A stretch of 64,000 nt of DNA. Origin: Podarcis tiliguerta (lineage: Eukaryota). Within the stretch, counting starts at the first letter, position 1, and the number at the start of each line of letters is the position of its first letter. Of the stretch, positions 52,303 to 63,935 are shown piece by piece. Below the pieces are notes generated by a model. That model did not search any database, was not told the DNA's origin, and saw only the letters and a list, made by a program, of their open reading frames with translations. The translations under genes were made by a program, and so were the position numbers. Location of the stretch: the NCBI GenBank assembly GCA_965153285.1, contig OZ229126.1. The stretch is one strand, 5' to 3'.

Positions 52303-52672
52303 ACCTTAGCAATGGAGTTGCATTGGATGTGGGTACTGAATTTCTGCTACAGAGAGTCCTTAACCAGGTTTGATATCTCGGAGTGAACAAACCCCAAGCA
52401 ACTTTATGTATAATAACCAAATTCTTAGAAGCCCTGTTAATTTCGACCAGTTCCTGCGTAGCCAAGCATAAGCCTCCATGGTTTTTCTTTTGTCGTTTAA
52501 TTGAAGAGCATGGAAAAACCTTACCATTTCTCCCTGCCTGACTGATTTTTATTTATTTCAGTCTACTTTCCTTAAAGGCTGTTAGCAGTTAATAATTAAA
52601 AATGTAACACATCCAGATTTTTTAAAGGACAAGAAAGCAGCTGATGTTCTTGCTAAGAGACTGTGGAAATAT

Positions 52673-52706
<34 letters not shown>

Positions 52707-54693
52707 TCCTCTCTCTTTATGTCTTCACACTTTATTTTGGAGCTTTCTAGAATAAAAAAGAAGCAAATGACATTCTTTTCCAAAAGAGCTAAGTTGGACT
52801 TTCTATGATACTGTACTCTCTCCATAGAAAGTTAATTGAACTAATTTGCTGTCTTAAACTTGGGACAGGAAGGAGGAAAATATGTCTTACCTGAAATAAG
52901 ATCTTACCAGGAAAAGTCTGTTCTACAGCAGCCGGAGAGCCATTTGCCCCTTCGCATTAGGCTTGGCAGAGGCGGGAGGTTCAGACCTGAAAGCGGCTTG
53001 TGATGCCCCCAGAAGCAAACAAGAAACGTAATTGGGGAGAACGAACAGCAATTGGAAAAGACGTGAATAAGCTTGGGAAATTGGGGTGGGAGCCTCAGAT
53101 AGATGATGGGTTGGAGCCAATGCAAGGGGGAGAATGAGGCTGTAGAGAGGCACAAGGAAAGGAGGTATGGCGGCAGTGTGGTGTAGTGGTAAGAGTGTTG
53201 GGCTAGGACTGAAGAGATCCAGGTTCAAATCCCCACTCAGCCCTGAAACTCACTGGGAGACCTGCCATAGAGTCATAGAACTATAACATTGGAAAGGGAC
53301 CCTGAGGGACATCTAGTCCAACCCCTTGCAATGCAAGAATCTCAACTAAAGCATCCATGACAGATGGCTAACCTTTCTCACAGGGTCATTGTAAGGACAA
53401 AATGGGGTGTGGGAGATTCATGCATATTGCTCAAGCAACTTGGAGCTTAAGCTGGCTTGTGAGGTCTACTTTGTTGTGGTTTGTACTAGGACTCTGAGGT
53501 CCATTTGGCAGAACCAGATGCAACACAATCATTTGGAGCAGGGCAAAAGAGAAGGGCGAGAGATGCACACTTAAAAGGAGGGATCAGGACAGGCCACCTC
53601 TGAGCATGTACTCAGTCCATAAAAAGCAAAGTAGCCATGTTGGCCTATAAGAAAACAAGTCCCAGATCCACACTGGGCAACACTTTACCAACGAAAAGGT
53701 CACCAAAGTGTATCAAGCTTCTGAGTTCTCCAGAACTCTCCATCAGGCAAGATGTTACACAAAGCAGGGGCGAGGGAAGCAAAGAAAAGCAAAAAGAAGA
53801 AGAAGAAGAAGCACAAAAGACTGGGGAGCCATGAGTTAAAACTTGTAGACACAATTCCAAGATGGAGTTACAGGCTGAAGAAGCCCTTCTCAGGTAGATA
53901 TCTAGAAGGATTCTGCTTACAAACCTACTCCGTTCAGAAATTTGTTCTCAGTAGTACCAACACTGAGCTCAGGGTTCATTCTCAGGAAATTTGATTTCTG
54001 GCTTTCTCCTGAGGCTTCTTAGCTTCAGCTGCCCAAATGGATTAGGGACTGGTGATGATGGAATGCCTTTGTGTTGTTGCCAAACAATTGGGAAGTGGAA
54101 ATCTGTGGCTATATGCAAATCATCCTGAGGTTCTACCTGCATGGATCCTGATCTGCCTTCCGCCCTTTGCTGCCTTTATAGGAAGGCGCCATATGAGCAA
54201 ACATGAGGAAGACTACGGGGAGGAGGAGAAAGGGCTGGCCCTCAAGACCACACAGACCAAAGCCAGTCCTGCCTGCATTTTCCTACACCTTCTCATCATG
54301 TAATAGTATAATAATAATATTAATAATAATAATAATAATTACATTTAATAATAATTAATAGTAAAAAAAATGAGTGACATGTCCCCACCAGGAGGTAGAC
54401 TTGCCCATTCTTCCATAATTGGAAGGTCCCAAACAGCCATAATGAGATCAGTACCATACAGAGCATGTTCTGCTAGTTTAGTCTTAAGGTTTTTAAAAGG
54501 CAATATTCAAATAGGACCCAAAAATATAGTTGTTTTTTTCCACCAGATTTCTGGCATGAAGGAGAAGCACATTTGGGAGTGTTACTCTTCATCTGGGGGT
54601 TTCCAGTTAGTTTCTTTCCCCTTTTCCTCCGCAAGTGTTGGAAAGGTCAATCAATATAAGCTTTCCTAGGAAGGACACCCCAGTCTCATGCTA

Positions 54694-55723
54694 TATCCTA
54701 AATATCTTCACAGAAGCTTATGAAAAGCTTGGTCTGTCGCTCAGCATCCAAAAAACCAAAGTGCTGCACCAACAAGCACAAAATAACCCCTCTGCAGCAC
54801 CACAAATCCAACTCAGTGGTGTAAAGTTGGAAAATGTCAATCACTTCTCCTACCTGGGCAGTTATCTTTCCACAAGGGCCAACACTGATGCCGAAATCCA
54901 GCATCACCTGAGCTCTGCAAGTTCAGCTTTCTCCCAATTGAAGTGCAAAGTGTTTCACATTCACAGGGAAACCTAAAGGCTTGTTTACAAAGCTATTGTA
55001 CTACCAACCTTACTGTATGCTTGTGAAACATGGACCACTTATAAATGCCATCTCCAACTCCTCGAAAGATTCCATCAACAGTGTCTCCAAAATTTTTTAC
55101 ACATCACTTGGGAAGACAGGCGAACTAATATCAGTGTACTGGAAGAAGCAAAGATCACCAGTGTTGAAGCAACGATTCTTCAACATCAACTTCGTTGGGC
55201 TGGTCATGTTGTGCGGATGCCTGATTATCATAGCTGTCAACGTTTCCCTTTTTTAAAGGGAAATTCCCTTATTCCGAATAGGATTCATTGCAAGAAAAGG
55301 GAAAAGTTGACAGCTATGCTGATTATCGTCTTCCAAAGCAACTACTCTATTCCGAACTTAAAAATGGAAAGCGTAATGCTGGTGGTCAACTGTCTCAAGG
55401 CAAATCTAAAAAAATGTAGTATAAACACCGACAACTGGGAAACACTGGCCTGTGAGCGCTCCAGTTGGAGAACAGCTTTTACCAAAGGTGTCATGGACTT
55501 TGAAGACACTCGAACTCAGAACACAAGGGAGAAACGTGCTAAGAGGAAGGCACGTTTGGCAAATCCACACCGTGATCAACTCCTGCCCAGGAACCAATGC
55601 CCCCCCTGTGGAAGGACATGTGGATCCAGAATTGGCCTCCACAGTCACTTATGGACTCACTGTTAAAACCGTGTTCATGGAAGACAATCTTACTCACCTA
55701 CGAGTGATCGCCAAAGAAGAAGA
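54694..55723 (+). mobile_element. RTE-clade LINE (non-BovB) 3' portion
   Basis: LGLSLSIQKTKVL...LENVNHFSYLGSYLS...AEIQHHLSSASSAF and terminal zinc finger CPPCGRTCGSRIGLHSHLWTH; (GAA)n tail. Confidence 0.88.
55229..55318. mobile_element. 90-bp hAT MITE inserted in the RTE element
   Basis: TIR catagctgtcaac / gttgacagctatg; perfect 8-bp TSD ctgattat (55221-55228, 55319-55326). Confidence 0.92.
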
Positions 55724-56128
55724 TATGAGCATATGAACTCTTTATGTATAAAAAAATCAAATCTGTGTCCAGTGTCTGAATTTCACATCCAATATAAATG
55801 CAAAATGAGTTGTCTTGCATGATTTTTCTTCTATGTTTAAAATTCTGCCATTTTTACTGTTTTGCATAGCAGGTTGCTAATCAGGGGAAGCGCAGGGTGC
55901 TATGCCCTGGAGCAAGGTCCTCTGACTGCCAGATATCTTACATAGCTGCTGCTCTCTCTGGGAATTGCTCATGGCCACAGCCCACAATGGTTAGCAGGTG
56001 GCCCAGTGATCCTGAATCTTTCATACCAGGCCCCAAATTCTCTGTTCCGTCCCTCTTTTTATAATTATATGTTTTACTTTGCTTACAGGGTGCATCTTAA
56101 TTTTTCCCAGAGGCGCTTTATACATTTA

Positions 56129-56370
56129 CAGTGGTACCTCGGGTTACATACGCTTCAGGTTACATATGCTTCAGGTTACAAACTCCACTAACCCAGAAAT
56201 ATTACCTAGGGTTAAGAACTTTGCTTCAGGATGAGAACAGATATCGTGCAGCGACGGCGCAGTGGCAGCAGGAAGCCCCATTAACTAAAGTGGTGCTTCA
56301 GCTTAAGAACAGTTTCAGGTTAAGAACAGACCTCCAGAACAAATTAAGTATGTAACCAGAGGTACCACTG
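56129..56370 (+). mobile_element. Tc1/mariner MITE, same family
   Basis: Same TIRs, TA TSD. Confidence 0.92.
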
Positions 56371-57666
56371 TATACAGATTTGTGTTAGGGACTGGAAAGA
56401 GGCAGAGGTTAGTCTAGTTCCAGAGCCACAGCATTCTGTGTTCTGTTAGGCCTTTTGCCCCCCCCCCCCTTATTTCTAATAAAGTTTCACCATGTGACCA
56501 CTGAGGTGTGTGCAGTTGGCAGCCTCCGTTTCAGAAATCCCCATGTGCCCAGATCCCTTTGGGCTCCGCACTGCTGGAAGCCTGAGGCCAGGCTGGGTAG
56601 AGCCAGACCTTTGCCCTGCTCTGGGAGAGAAGCCGAGGGCTGGGGAGCTGGCTTTTCGCTCTGCCCCTTGGCAAGGGATTGGCTGGAGGCATGAGGGCAC
56701 TGGTCCAAGATCCCAGGATCTGAAGAACTAACTGTACATTCCCAGTTTATATTGGAATGTGAAAAGATGCTAGAAGATGATATATTTTTTACTTATTATC
56801 CTTCCTTCCTCACATTTGTGAGATCAGCAGAGGGCCCTAGATAGGCTAGTTTTAGCCTTTTAGTCTAAGTAATGCAGGAAGCTTTAAGGCAGACCAGATT
56901 CTCTTGGTATTTCACCCCTTTCTCTCCCTTAGAACAATAATCACACAAACAGTCTTGTAAAAGGTAAAGATAACATTTACTCACTCAGAATACTTGCTGA
57001 AGAGTAACAGATACAGAAGCTTTGTTTAGGCAGGCTTAACATGGTAATTCAGTTACAAATACATTCTTAAGTCTAGCTGAAAATTGATGTTCTCACGTTG
57101 CTGGCATGGTGAAAAGAGGCAGGTGGGAGAATATCTACAGCTCTGCCCTCCCCATGTCGGCACAGTGGGAGCGTCTCTCTGGCAAGGGTACAGGAAGACT
57201 GAGTTTCAGCTCTGATCCTGTGCCTATCTAGCGAAACATGAATTGTTGGTTTGACTGCACTTTAAATATGCCCCCGTTTCCTTCCTTGCTTCTGGGGCCG
57301 TAGGTGACCAAAAAGGGTGGTGGTGGCAGCAGTTGCCAGAGAGCAACCCTGTCAGCACTGCAGGGTTGTTGTGCGGCAGTTGAGCAAGGAAAAGGTGTGA
57401 GAGGCTCTCCTGGCAGCTCCCTTCCCAAGTTCTCTGAAGTGCTTGGCAACATCCCTGCCACAGACTCTGCCTCCAGGCACTTTCCCCCGGCTGGGAGCAA
57501 ACTACTCAGGGGAAAGAGACGGTGGTGGGAGTGAGAGGGTTGCAGCCCCCTTTGGCCATCCAAACCACCTTCCTTGTCACCGAGTCATCTGGTGATCTAG
57601 TGCCTAAATCACTGTCTGCACAGAGTCCTGCACTGTTAGCAGCAATCCAAGGTGCTTAGATTATGC

Positions 57667-57850
57667 AAAGGCAAAACTAGGCATTATTTCACCCGGGTCA
57701 AAGACCCAGTTTGGCACACCCTCCCATGCACATTTGCGTGTGTGTGCGCACACACACACACACAGAGGCTGGGAGCCTCAATGGCACCCCACCCTGGAGG
57801 CTTCACCCAGAGCAAAACTCCTGGCTAGCCCCCCTCCAGCTACAGCTCTG
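57667..57850 (-). mobile_element. hAT-like MITE, same family as 2033-2197
   Basis: Reverse complement aligns to 2033-2197 (ggctagccagg...gggtgaagcctccag...cattgaggctcccagcct...gcctagttttgcc). Confidence 0.7.
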
Positions 57851-60315
57851 GCTTTTGCAACTTTATGCGTGGCGTTTCCCTAAACTTATTTTAATTTATA
57901 CCTTGCCTTTTCACAGGTGGGCACCTAAGGCAGCTAACAGTATGCATACCAGAAACGCTGCATAACTTGCAGCTATGAGAAGCCTGGAGAAAATGACCTG
58001 TGGATGGTCCACCCACTAACGGCTCTGCGTTTTGTATTCTTCCTCAGAAGATTGCAGTGCTGGCTGCTGCTGGAAGCTGGGATTCTGAAGTGTAAGTGAA
58101 GCAGGGATATTCTGCATCGGCCAGCAGGCCTTTTCTGTGCCTTACCGAAGGCTCTGCTTCCTCAGGTAACTTGCATTTCCGTTGTGCTTAAACTGCTGCG
58201 TTATCTGTGTGGGGGTTTTTTTGAGGGGGGGGGGGAATCCACACAATTCTTGGAGATGTTACCATAGAGGACTTGCCTGATTTTCAATACTAGAAATGAG
58301 ATGTGTCTGGAGAGCTTTCTTTTCTAATGCATGATAAATATGTAGTTATTGGCTCCATAGGATCAAAAGTGCACTCTTCTCATTCACCCCAACCGCACAT
58401 CTTTGCATGGAATGACATTTTTGTAGCACAGGCACGACCATGTTGCGTGGGGATGGAGTGTGCATAAGCTTGCCCTGTTACACCCTGCCCCCGTTACTCC
58501 CCCATTCATCCCACTTCTGCGTCCAAAAGGACCCACATGTCGGGGGTCACGCATCAACTGGATACACCTAAACAGATCGCCGACTGTATTTGCTTGCTGG
58601 AGAAGTGCTAGAATTTGCAGTGTTGCTTGTGCTGTTTTATTGCTCCTATTGCCCGTAGTAGAACTGGCAAAGTGCAACACTTTTTCTCTTATCCCCAGTC
58701 CCTTCACCTCCAATGCCATCACCATTTTAATACAAGCAACAACCATTGTACATGTGTTGAATATGTGTGCAACTGTGCGCATGTGCATTGCCCCAAACCC
58801 AGAAGTGACTAGAAAAATGTCAAAAACAGCCCTAAAAAGAACACTGAAAGGGCAAAAGTGTTGCAAAAACAGCACCTATGTTTACAACAAGTCCCAGGAG
58901 CCTTACAGGTGCAATCCCTGGAGCCATCAGCCACTGAGGCCTGTGGAGAGTTGGAGTTTGAGCAAGGAGGTTTGGAGAGAGTCTGTCAAGTGCTGCTGGT
59001 TTTTAAAAGGTGTTTTCAAGGGTTCCCAGAGGTTTAGAGGGTGTTTGCAGGCTCTTTCAAGGATCTTCTCAATATGCACTATTTCACTTAGACGTGTGGC
59101 GTAAAATGGTTGTTGCCTGCATTTTAAAAGTTGGTGGCTTCCCACTGTGTCTCTCCAGTGGAGGTGGGGGCGCTTGGAGGAGGGTGGAATATGCTTGGCA
59201 AGCCATCAGTAAGGTAGTTTTCTATCCTTCAACAATCCCTGGTCAGCTATGAACTTTCTCTCCCCACCCCCCACCCCTGCCCCTGTACTTCCCCTTTAAA
59301 TTCCCTGTGCCTTAATGTGTACATGACAACACAGCAGCCCTGCAGTGTCCCAGCATAATCCCCTCCCATTCTAACAGGCAGTCTTTTCTTTGGGGCTGGT
59401 GCCTGCTGGCATGCCTGATTCTTAAGAAGGTAAATCATTAATGATTTGGGATAGAGACAAGGCAGCGTGATTGAGGGAAGCCATTTCCATCTCACCCCCA
59501 CCTCCTGCCTTTCTGTGGGCGTGACCGTCGCCTGCCCTTCCCGCCTTGCCCTGGGGCCAAAACTCGCAACTCCCAGAGACTTGTGTTGGAGAGGGAAGGT
59601 GGCGCACCCAAGCTAGTATTAAAGTGAAAGTTGAAGTGTGATATCTATTTAATTAAGAAGAAAAACACTGTTACTTGAATACCTGTCTTGTTGCTCTGAC
59701 AGTAATGCTACATTGTTAAGTAAGTGGAAGCACACCTTAATTGTTATATGGATGTTTCATTAAATGTAAGGATCTCATTACCACTGTACTGTGTATTCTA
59801 CCAAAGCAAGTTGAAAAGATCAAAGCAATGAGTTATGAAAGCTGAGACTTTAACAGAAGCCGCGTTGGCCACGGTTCCTTGGCAGGGCCTGCCAATTTCT
59901 CCTTCTTTCTCCGTCTTCCCTTACAGCTGGCCAAGGCCTGACCTACCAGCCAAATGTGGCCCCCCAAGCACACATGGAGGTCGGGGCGGCTTGACCATCC
60001 CTTGTTTTTATTTTTGCAGTTGCTGACAGGTAGCTGAATAAGAGGCTCCTCAACACCCTGATTGGAACTCTGTACATGGCCAGTGGGCTACACTATGTAG
60101 GCCTGATCAAATCTACATCAGTTTACCGTCTGCCTGCAGCTGTTTGCATTCCCATTTAATTTGCGTAGTTCACCTGACATTATTCTCAAACAAAACTGGT
60201 CTTGATACTTTCCCCTTCTAAAATTGGGATTACTTGACACAGGGCTAATCTGATAAATGAGGGGAAATTGGGCTCCAAACAGCTCTACGCATTGTCAGAG
60301 ATTATTTGTTTTAGC

Positions 60316-60451
60316 ATCATAGAATTGTAGAGTCAGAAAGGACTACGAGGTCATCCAGTCCAAGCCCTGCAATGCAGTGCCCAACATGAGGCTCATGACC
60401 CACAACCCTGAGATTCAGAGTGTCCTGCTCTACAGACTGAGCCAGCTCAGG
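60316..60451 (-). mobile_element. Short SINE: tRNA-Lys-derived head fused to a CR1 3' tail
   Basis: Minus strand gctggctcagtctgtagagcaggacactctgaatctcagggttgtgggtcatgagcctcatgttgggc resembles decayed tRNA-Lys(CTT), directly followed by tgcattgcaggg...attctatga. Confidence 0.75.
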
Positions 60452-60679
60452 GACAAGAGCGGATTGATTGCCGTTTCTGCTGCTCCCATACCTGCTGTTC
60501 CTTCTGTGCTTTCCCCCCATCTGGGCTCGTAACCCTTTTTGGGGCACTCCTGAATATGGGAATGTTTCCTTTTATTTTGAATCCCCAGATTAACACAAAC
60601 ACAAAACTGTACAACCAAACTTACATAAACTTTCCATGGTGAATATATGGAACAGCCGTGTGTGCTGAGAACTTGCAAT

Positions 60680-60861
60680 CAGAAATGGGGAGGCCTGGGA
60701 AAAAACTGGAAAAATTGAAAAACAACAACAGTTCCCCCCTCCGCCGTTTTTGTTTTTGTTTTTTTCAAATAAGGAAAAATGGCTTTGGAAAAAAATGGGG
60801 GGGGGGGACCTGGATTCCCCGCCCCCATTTTTCCAGTTTTTCCCAGGGCTTCCCATATCTA
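60680..60861. mobile_element. hAT MITE with ~35-bp terminal inverted repeats
   Basis: agaaatggggaggcctgggaaaaaactggaaaaat / atttttccagtttttcccagggcttcccatatct; TSD cttgcaat / cttacaat. Confidence 0.8.
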
Positions 60862-61671
60862 CTTACAATAGCTTTCATTTCTTTTTCATACTTCCAATTT
60901 GTGCAAAATCAGAAAATAGCACAAACAAATTTGCAATTGCCTGACTGCAGCCTTGCACACATGTCCGGTTGGTATTTGGTTGTCACAACGGTTTTGTGCT
61001 GTAATTTTCCCAATGTTTTCATCGGTCATACCATGTGATTAAATTTGGAGTGGTATCCTGGCATACAGTTCTTTACTGCCACTTTAATGGGGAAAGAGAA
61101 GCATGTCCATGCGTAAAGGATGGTGACATGTCCAGGGGCCTCCCCTGTTGTGTGGCACCATGCCCACTAGTGCAAATGAAATTTAGTGCAACATGGCAGC
61201 ATGTTGATAAAACAAAACAAAACACCACAGTTCCATAATGCAACAGGCAAAAGGAATGTTAGCAACCAGGACACTTTTTTTCTATCTCCCTTAGTATAAA
61301 GCTGAAGCAGGAGGGGGGAATCTGCAGCCCTCCGGATGTTGCTGGACTACAACTCCTATCATCCCTGGCCATTGGCCATGCTGGCTTGGGCTGGTGGGGG
61401 TTAGAATCCAGCAATACCTGGGGGGCTTTTGTCTCCGGGCTAAAGACTTGTGCATTCATTTTAGAAGGGAGGAAGGAAAAGAAAAAAGAAAGGAAAGCTG
61501 CTCTCTTTCGGTCGACTCACACCCACACACACCCTGCAGGCCATGACCCTGTAAATGGAAGGCTAAGACTTTGAAGACTAGCACTTCTGATGCACATGCC
61601 TCTCTAACAGGGTAAGGCTATATTTTGCCTTGCATTCCCACACCACACTCCTTGCTCTTTGTTCTAAGCTC

Positions 61672-61709
61672 CTAACCCTGTTAATTTTATGTGTTTTCAT
61701 CAACCCCAG
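61672..61709 (+). other. S1PR2: Branch point and 3' splice acceptor of the S1PR2 coding exon (exon from 61710); alternative acceptor AG at 61791-61792
   Basis: CTAAC at 61672-61676, pyrimidine-rich tract, ccccAG ending 61709. Second candidate cttctaatacAG ending 61792. Confidence 0.65.
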
Positions 61710-61835
61710 GCTTCTGCAAGTTGACCCCTCACCCCTCTCTTCTGAATGAACACATTCTCACTGTGGTCGTGCCTTGATGCCTTCTAATACAGACGTCCGT
61801 GGGTGGGCACAAGTGTAACCTGTTGTTGGAAAGCC

Positions 61836-62891
61836 ATGGGGAACACCTTTGATTCCTACTTCAACAAGCACAAGATTGTGGAGCACTACAACTACACCAA
61901 GGATAGGCTGGAGAAAGATGATGACCCTTCACTCTCAAGCGGCTCTGTGGCTATCATTGTGCTTTGCTGCTTTATAATCCTGGAGAACCTGCTGGTGCTC
62001 ATGTCCGTCTGGAGGAACAAGAAGTTCCACTCGGCCATGTTCATCTTCATCGGCAACCTCGCCTTTTCAGACCTGCTGGCTGGCTCAGCCTTCATAGCCA
62101 ACGTTGTCCTCTCGGGCCCAGCCACTTTCCACCTCACCCCGCTGCTGTGGTTCGTGCGAGAGGGCACAGCCTTTGCTACTTTGGCAGCCTCCGTCTTCAG
62201 CCTGCTGGCCATTGCCATAGAGCGGCATGTGGCCATCACAAAGGTGAAGGTCTACAGTAGCGACAAGAACTGCCGTATGGTGCTTCTGATTGGCGCTTGC
62301 TGGGTGATTTCGGCGGCCATTGGGGGGCTGCCCATCCTTGGCTGGAACTGCATACATGACCTTGACAAGTGCTCCACTGTCCTACCGTTTTACTCCAAAC
62401 ACTACGTTGTCTTTGTGGTCACCATCTTCACCGCCATTCTCTTCTCCATTGTGGTCCTCTACGTCCGGATCTATCGCATCGTCCGCTCCAGCCATGCTGA
62501 GATGGCTGGCTCCCAGACTATAGCCTTGCTCAGGACAGTCACTTTTGTCCTGGGGGCCTTCATCATCTGCTGGCTCCCTGCCTTCATCATCCTCTCAATA
62601 GATGCTTCATGTGCCAGGAAGTCTTGCCCCATCCTTTTCCAGTCGAAATATTTCTTTGCCTTTGCTACCCTCAATTCAGCCATCAACCCTCTCATCTACA
62701 CCCTCCGCAGCAAGGACATGAGGAAGGAGTTCCTGCGAGTCCTCTGCTGCTGGGGTATGATGGGGCAGGGGAAGCCGTCAGAGCGTTGCATGATTCCCCT
62801 CCGCAGCTCCAGTTCCTTGGAACGCTGCACCCAAAAGCAGGACAATCCTACTGCGCCTTTCATGAAGAAGGAACATTCCACTTTTGTGTGA
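61836..62891 (+). CDS. S1PR2: Sphingosine-1-phosphate receptor 2 (class A GPCR, EDG family), 351 aa, intronless coding region
   Basis: ATG at 61836 in strong Kozak context (gccATGg). Translation MGNTFDSYFNKHKIVEHYNYTK...ENLLVL...KFHSAM...GNLAFSDLLAG...WFVREG...SLLAIAIERHVAITKVKVYSSDKNCRM...GWNC...CSTVLP...CWLP...NPLIY...PLRSSSSLER...STFV matches S1PR2-specific motifs as I recall them from human S1PR2 (ERHVAIAKVKLYGSDK, VRSSHADMA, PLRSSSSLER, C-terminal T-x-V). Seven hydrophobic segments, N-glycosylation site NYT. Confidence 0.97.
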   Translation: MGNTFDSYFNKHKIVEHYNYTKDRLEKDDDPSLSSGSVAIIVLCCFIILENLLVLMSVWRNKKFHSAMFIFIGNLAFSDLLAGSAFIANVVLSGPATFHLTPLLWFVREGTAFATLAASVFSLLAIAIERHVAITKVKVYSSDKNCRMVLLIGACWVISAAIGGLPILGWNCIHDLDKCSTVLPFYSKHYVVFVVTIFTAILFSIVVLYVRIYRIVRSSHAEMAGSQTIALLRTVTFVLGAFIICWLPAFIILSIDASCARKSCPILFQSKYFFAFATLNSAINPLIYTLRSKDMRKEFLRVLCCWGMMGQGKPSERCMIPLRSSSSLERCTQKQDNPTAPFMKKEHSTFV

Positions 62892-63080
62892 AAAAACACA
62901 AGGAAGGGAACTATGGGGTGGATGATGAAAGAAAGGGGAGTGGGTTGGACCTAAGTGAGCGGTACAAAGGTGATGCGGTACATGGGATGCCAACCTCCTC
63001 GTGGCCAAATCAACCTGCCTTTGACATAGCTGGAGGTGTCCGTTTGTTCACTAGACCTGCACAGTATTAGAACGTTCTGT

Positions 63081-63085
<5 letters not shown>

Positions 63086-63142
<57 letters not shown>
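63086..63142. repeat. (TG)n(GA)n microsatellite in the S1PR2 3'UTR
   Basis: Direct reading. Confidence 0.95.
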
Positions 63143-63145
<3 letters not shown>

Positions 63146-63887
63146 AATGACTTGAAGTGAGTGAGCAGCCTGCTCAGATGCTGACACTTGGCTTTGGTAC
63201 AGCTCTGCTCCTTTACTCTAAAAGGTGCCCTGCCTGTTTTGTACGCCCAGAGCTCCTTCTGTCCTGCACCTCAGAGCATGCTTTCATGCCTTCCCTCCTT
63301 CCCAAAACATTCACAGGAAGTAGCAACCAGTCACTCAAATCTGCTTGGTTCTCTTTGCCTTGGTCCTAATGTGGCCATAGAGCAGCCAAGGAGCTTCCTT
63401 GAGTGACTGGAAGTGAAAACAGATGCAAAACATTTTTGGAACAACAAGGGCACTTTGTTAGTTCTGTTGCTGCCTGCAGTGCAAGTGTGTGTGTGTGTCT
63501 CCTGCTCTGGGCTCTGCTCAAACTGGTTTTGCAGGTTTTCTGTGCATTTCAAGTTGAGCCAGGAAAAGGCCAATTCTTCCCGTCATGGAATCACAGAATC
63601 ATAGAACTGTAGCGTTGAAAGGGACCCCAAAGGTCATTTAGGCAAACCCAGAGATGCATGTGTGGCTGGCATGAGTGCATGTTGGCTAGAGTTTGTTTTT
63701 TCAGCAAAGCCAATCTATGTGCTCTCTCCATCCCTGATGATCACTTTGGCAACTGCTCTAAAGGTATCTGGTTACCGCACCACCACCCCCTTGGTGAGGT
63801 GAAGGATGTGCATAAATGCATATAGAGCTCTTGGGTGGGGGGGAGTCGTATGAAACTGTCCTGCCCTATGCTCACACTTAACATATA

Positions 63888-63902
63888 TGTGTGTGTGTGT
63901 GT

Positions 63903-63934
<32 letters not shown>
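63888..63934. repeat. (TG)n(AC)n inverted microsatellite
   Basis: Direct reading; self-complementary. Confidence 0.95.

Positions 63935-63935
<1 letters not shown>

Noticed and set aside
58384-59104. Overlapping 163-aa and 214-aa ORFs
   Set aside because: No recognisable protein; probably an unclassified repeat or chance ORFs.
60378-60451. Functional tRNA-Lys gene
   Set aside because: Anticodon loop and T-loop (B-box) are mutated and it is fused to a CR1 tail, so it is a SINE head.
61803-61835. GTG start given by the ORF track for S1PR2
   Set aside because: The conserved start is the Kozak ATG at 61836; these codons matter only in the predicted extended isoform.
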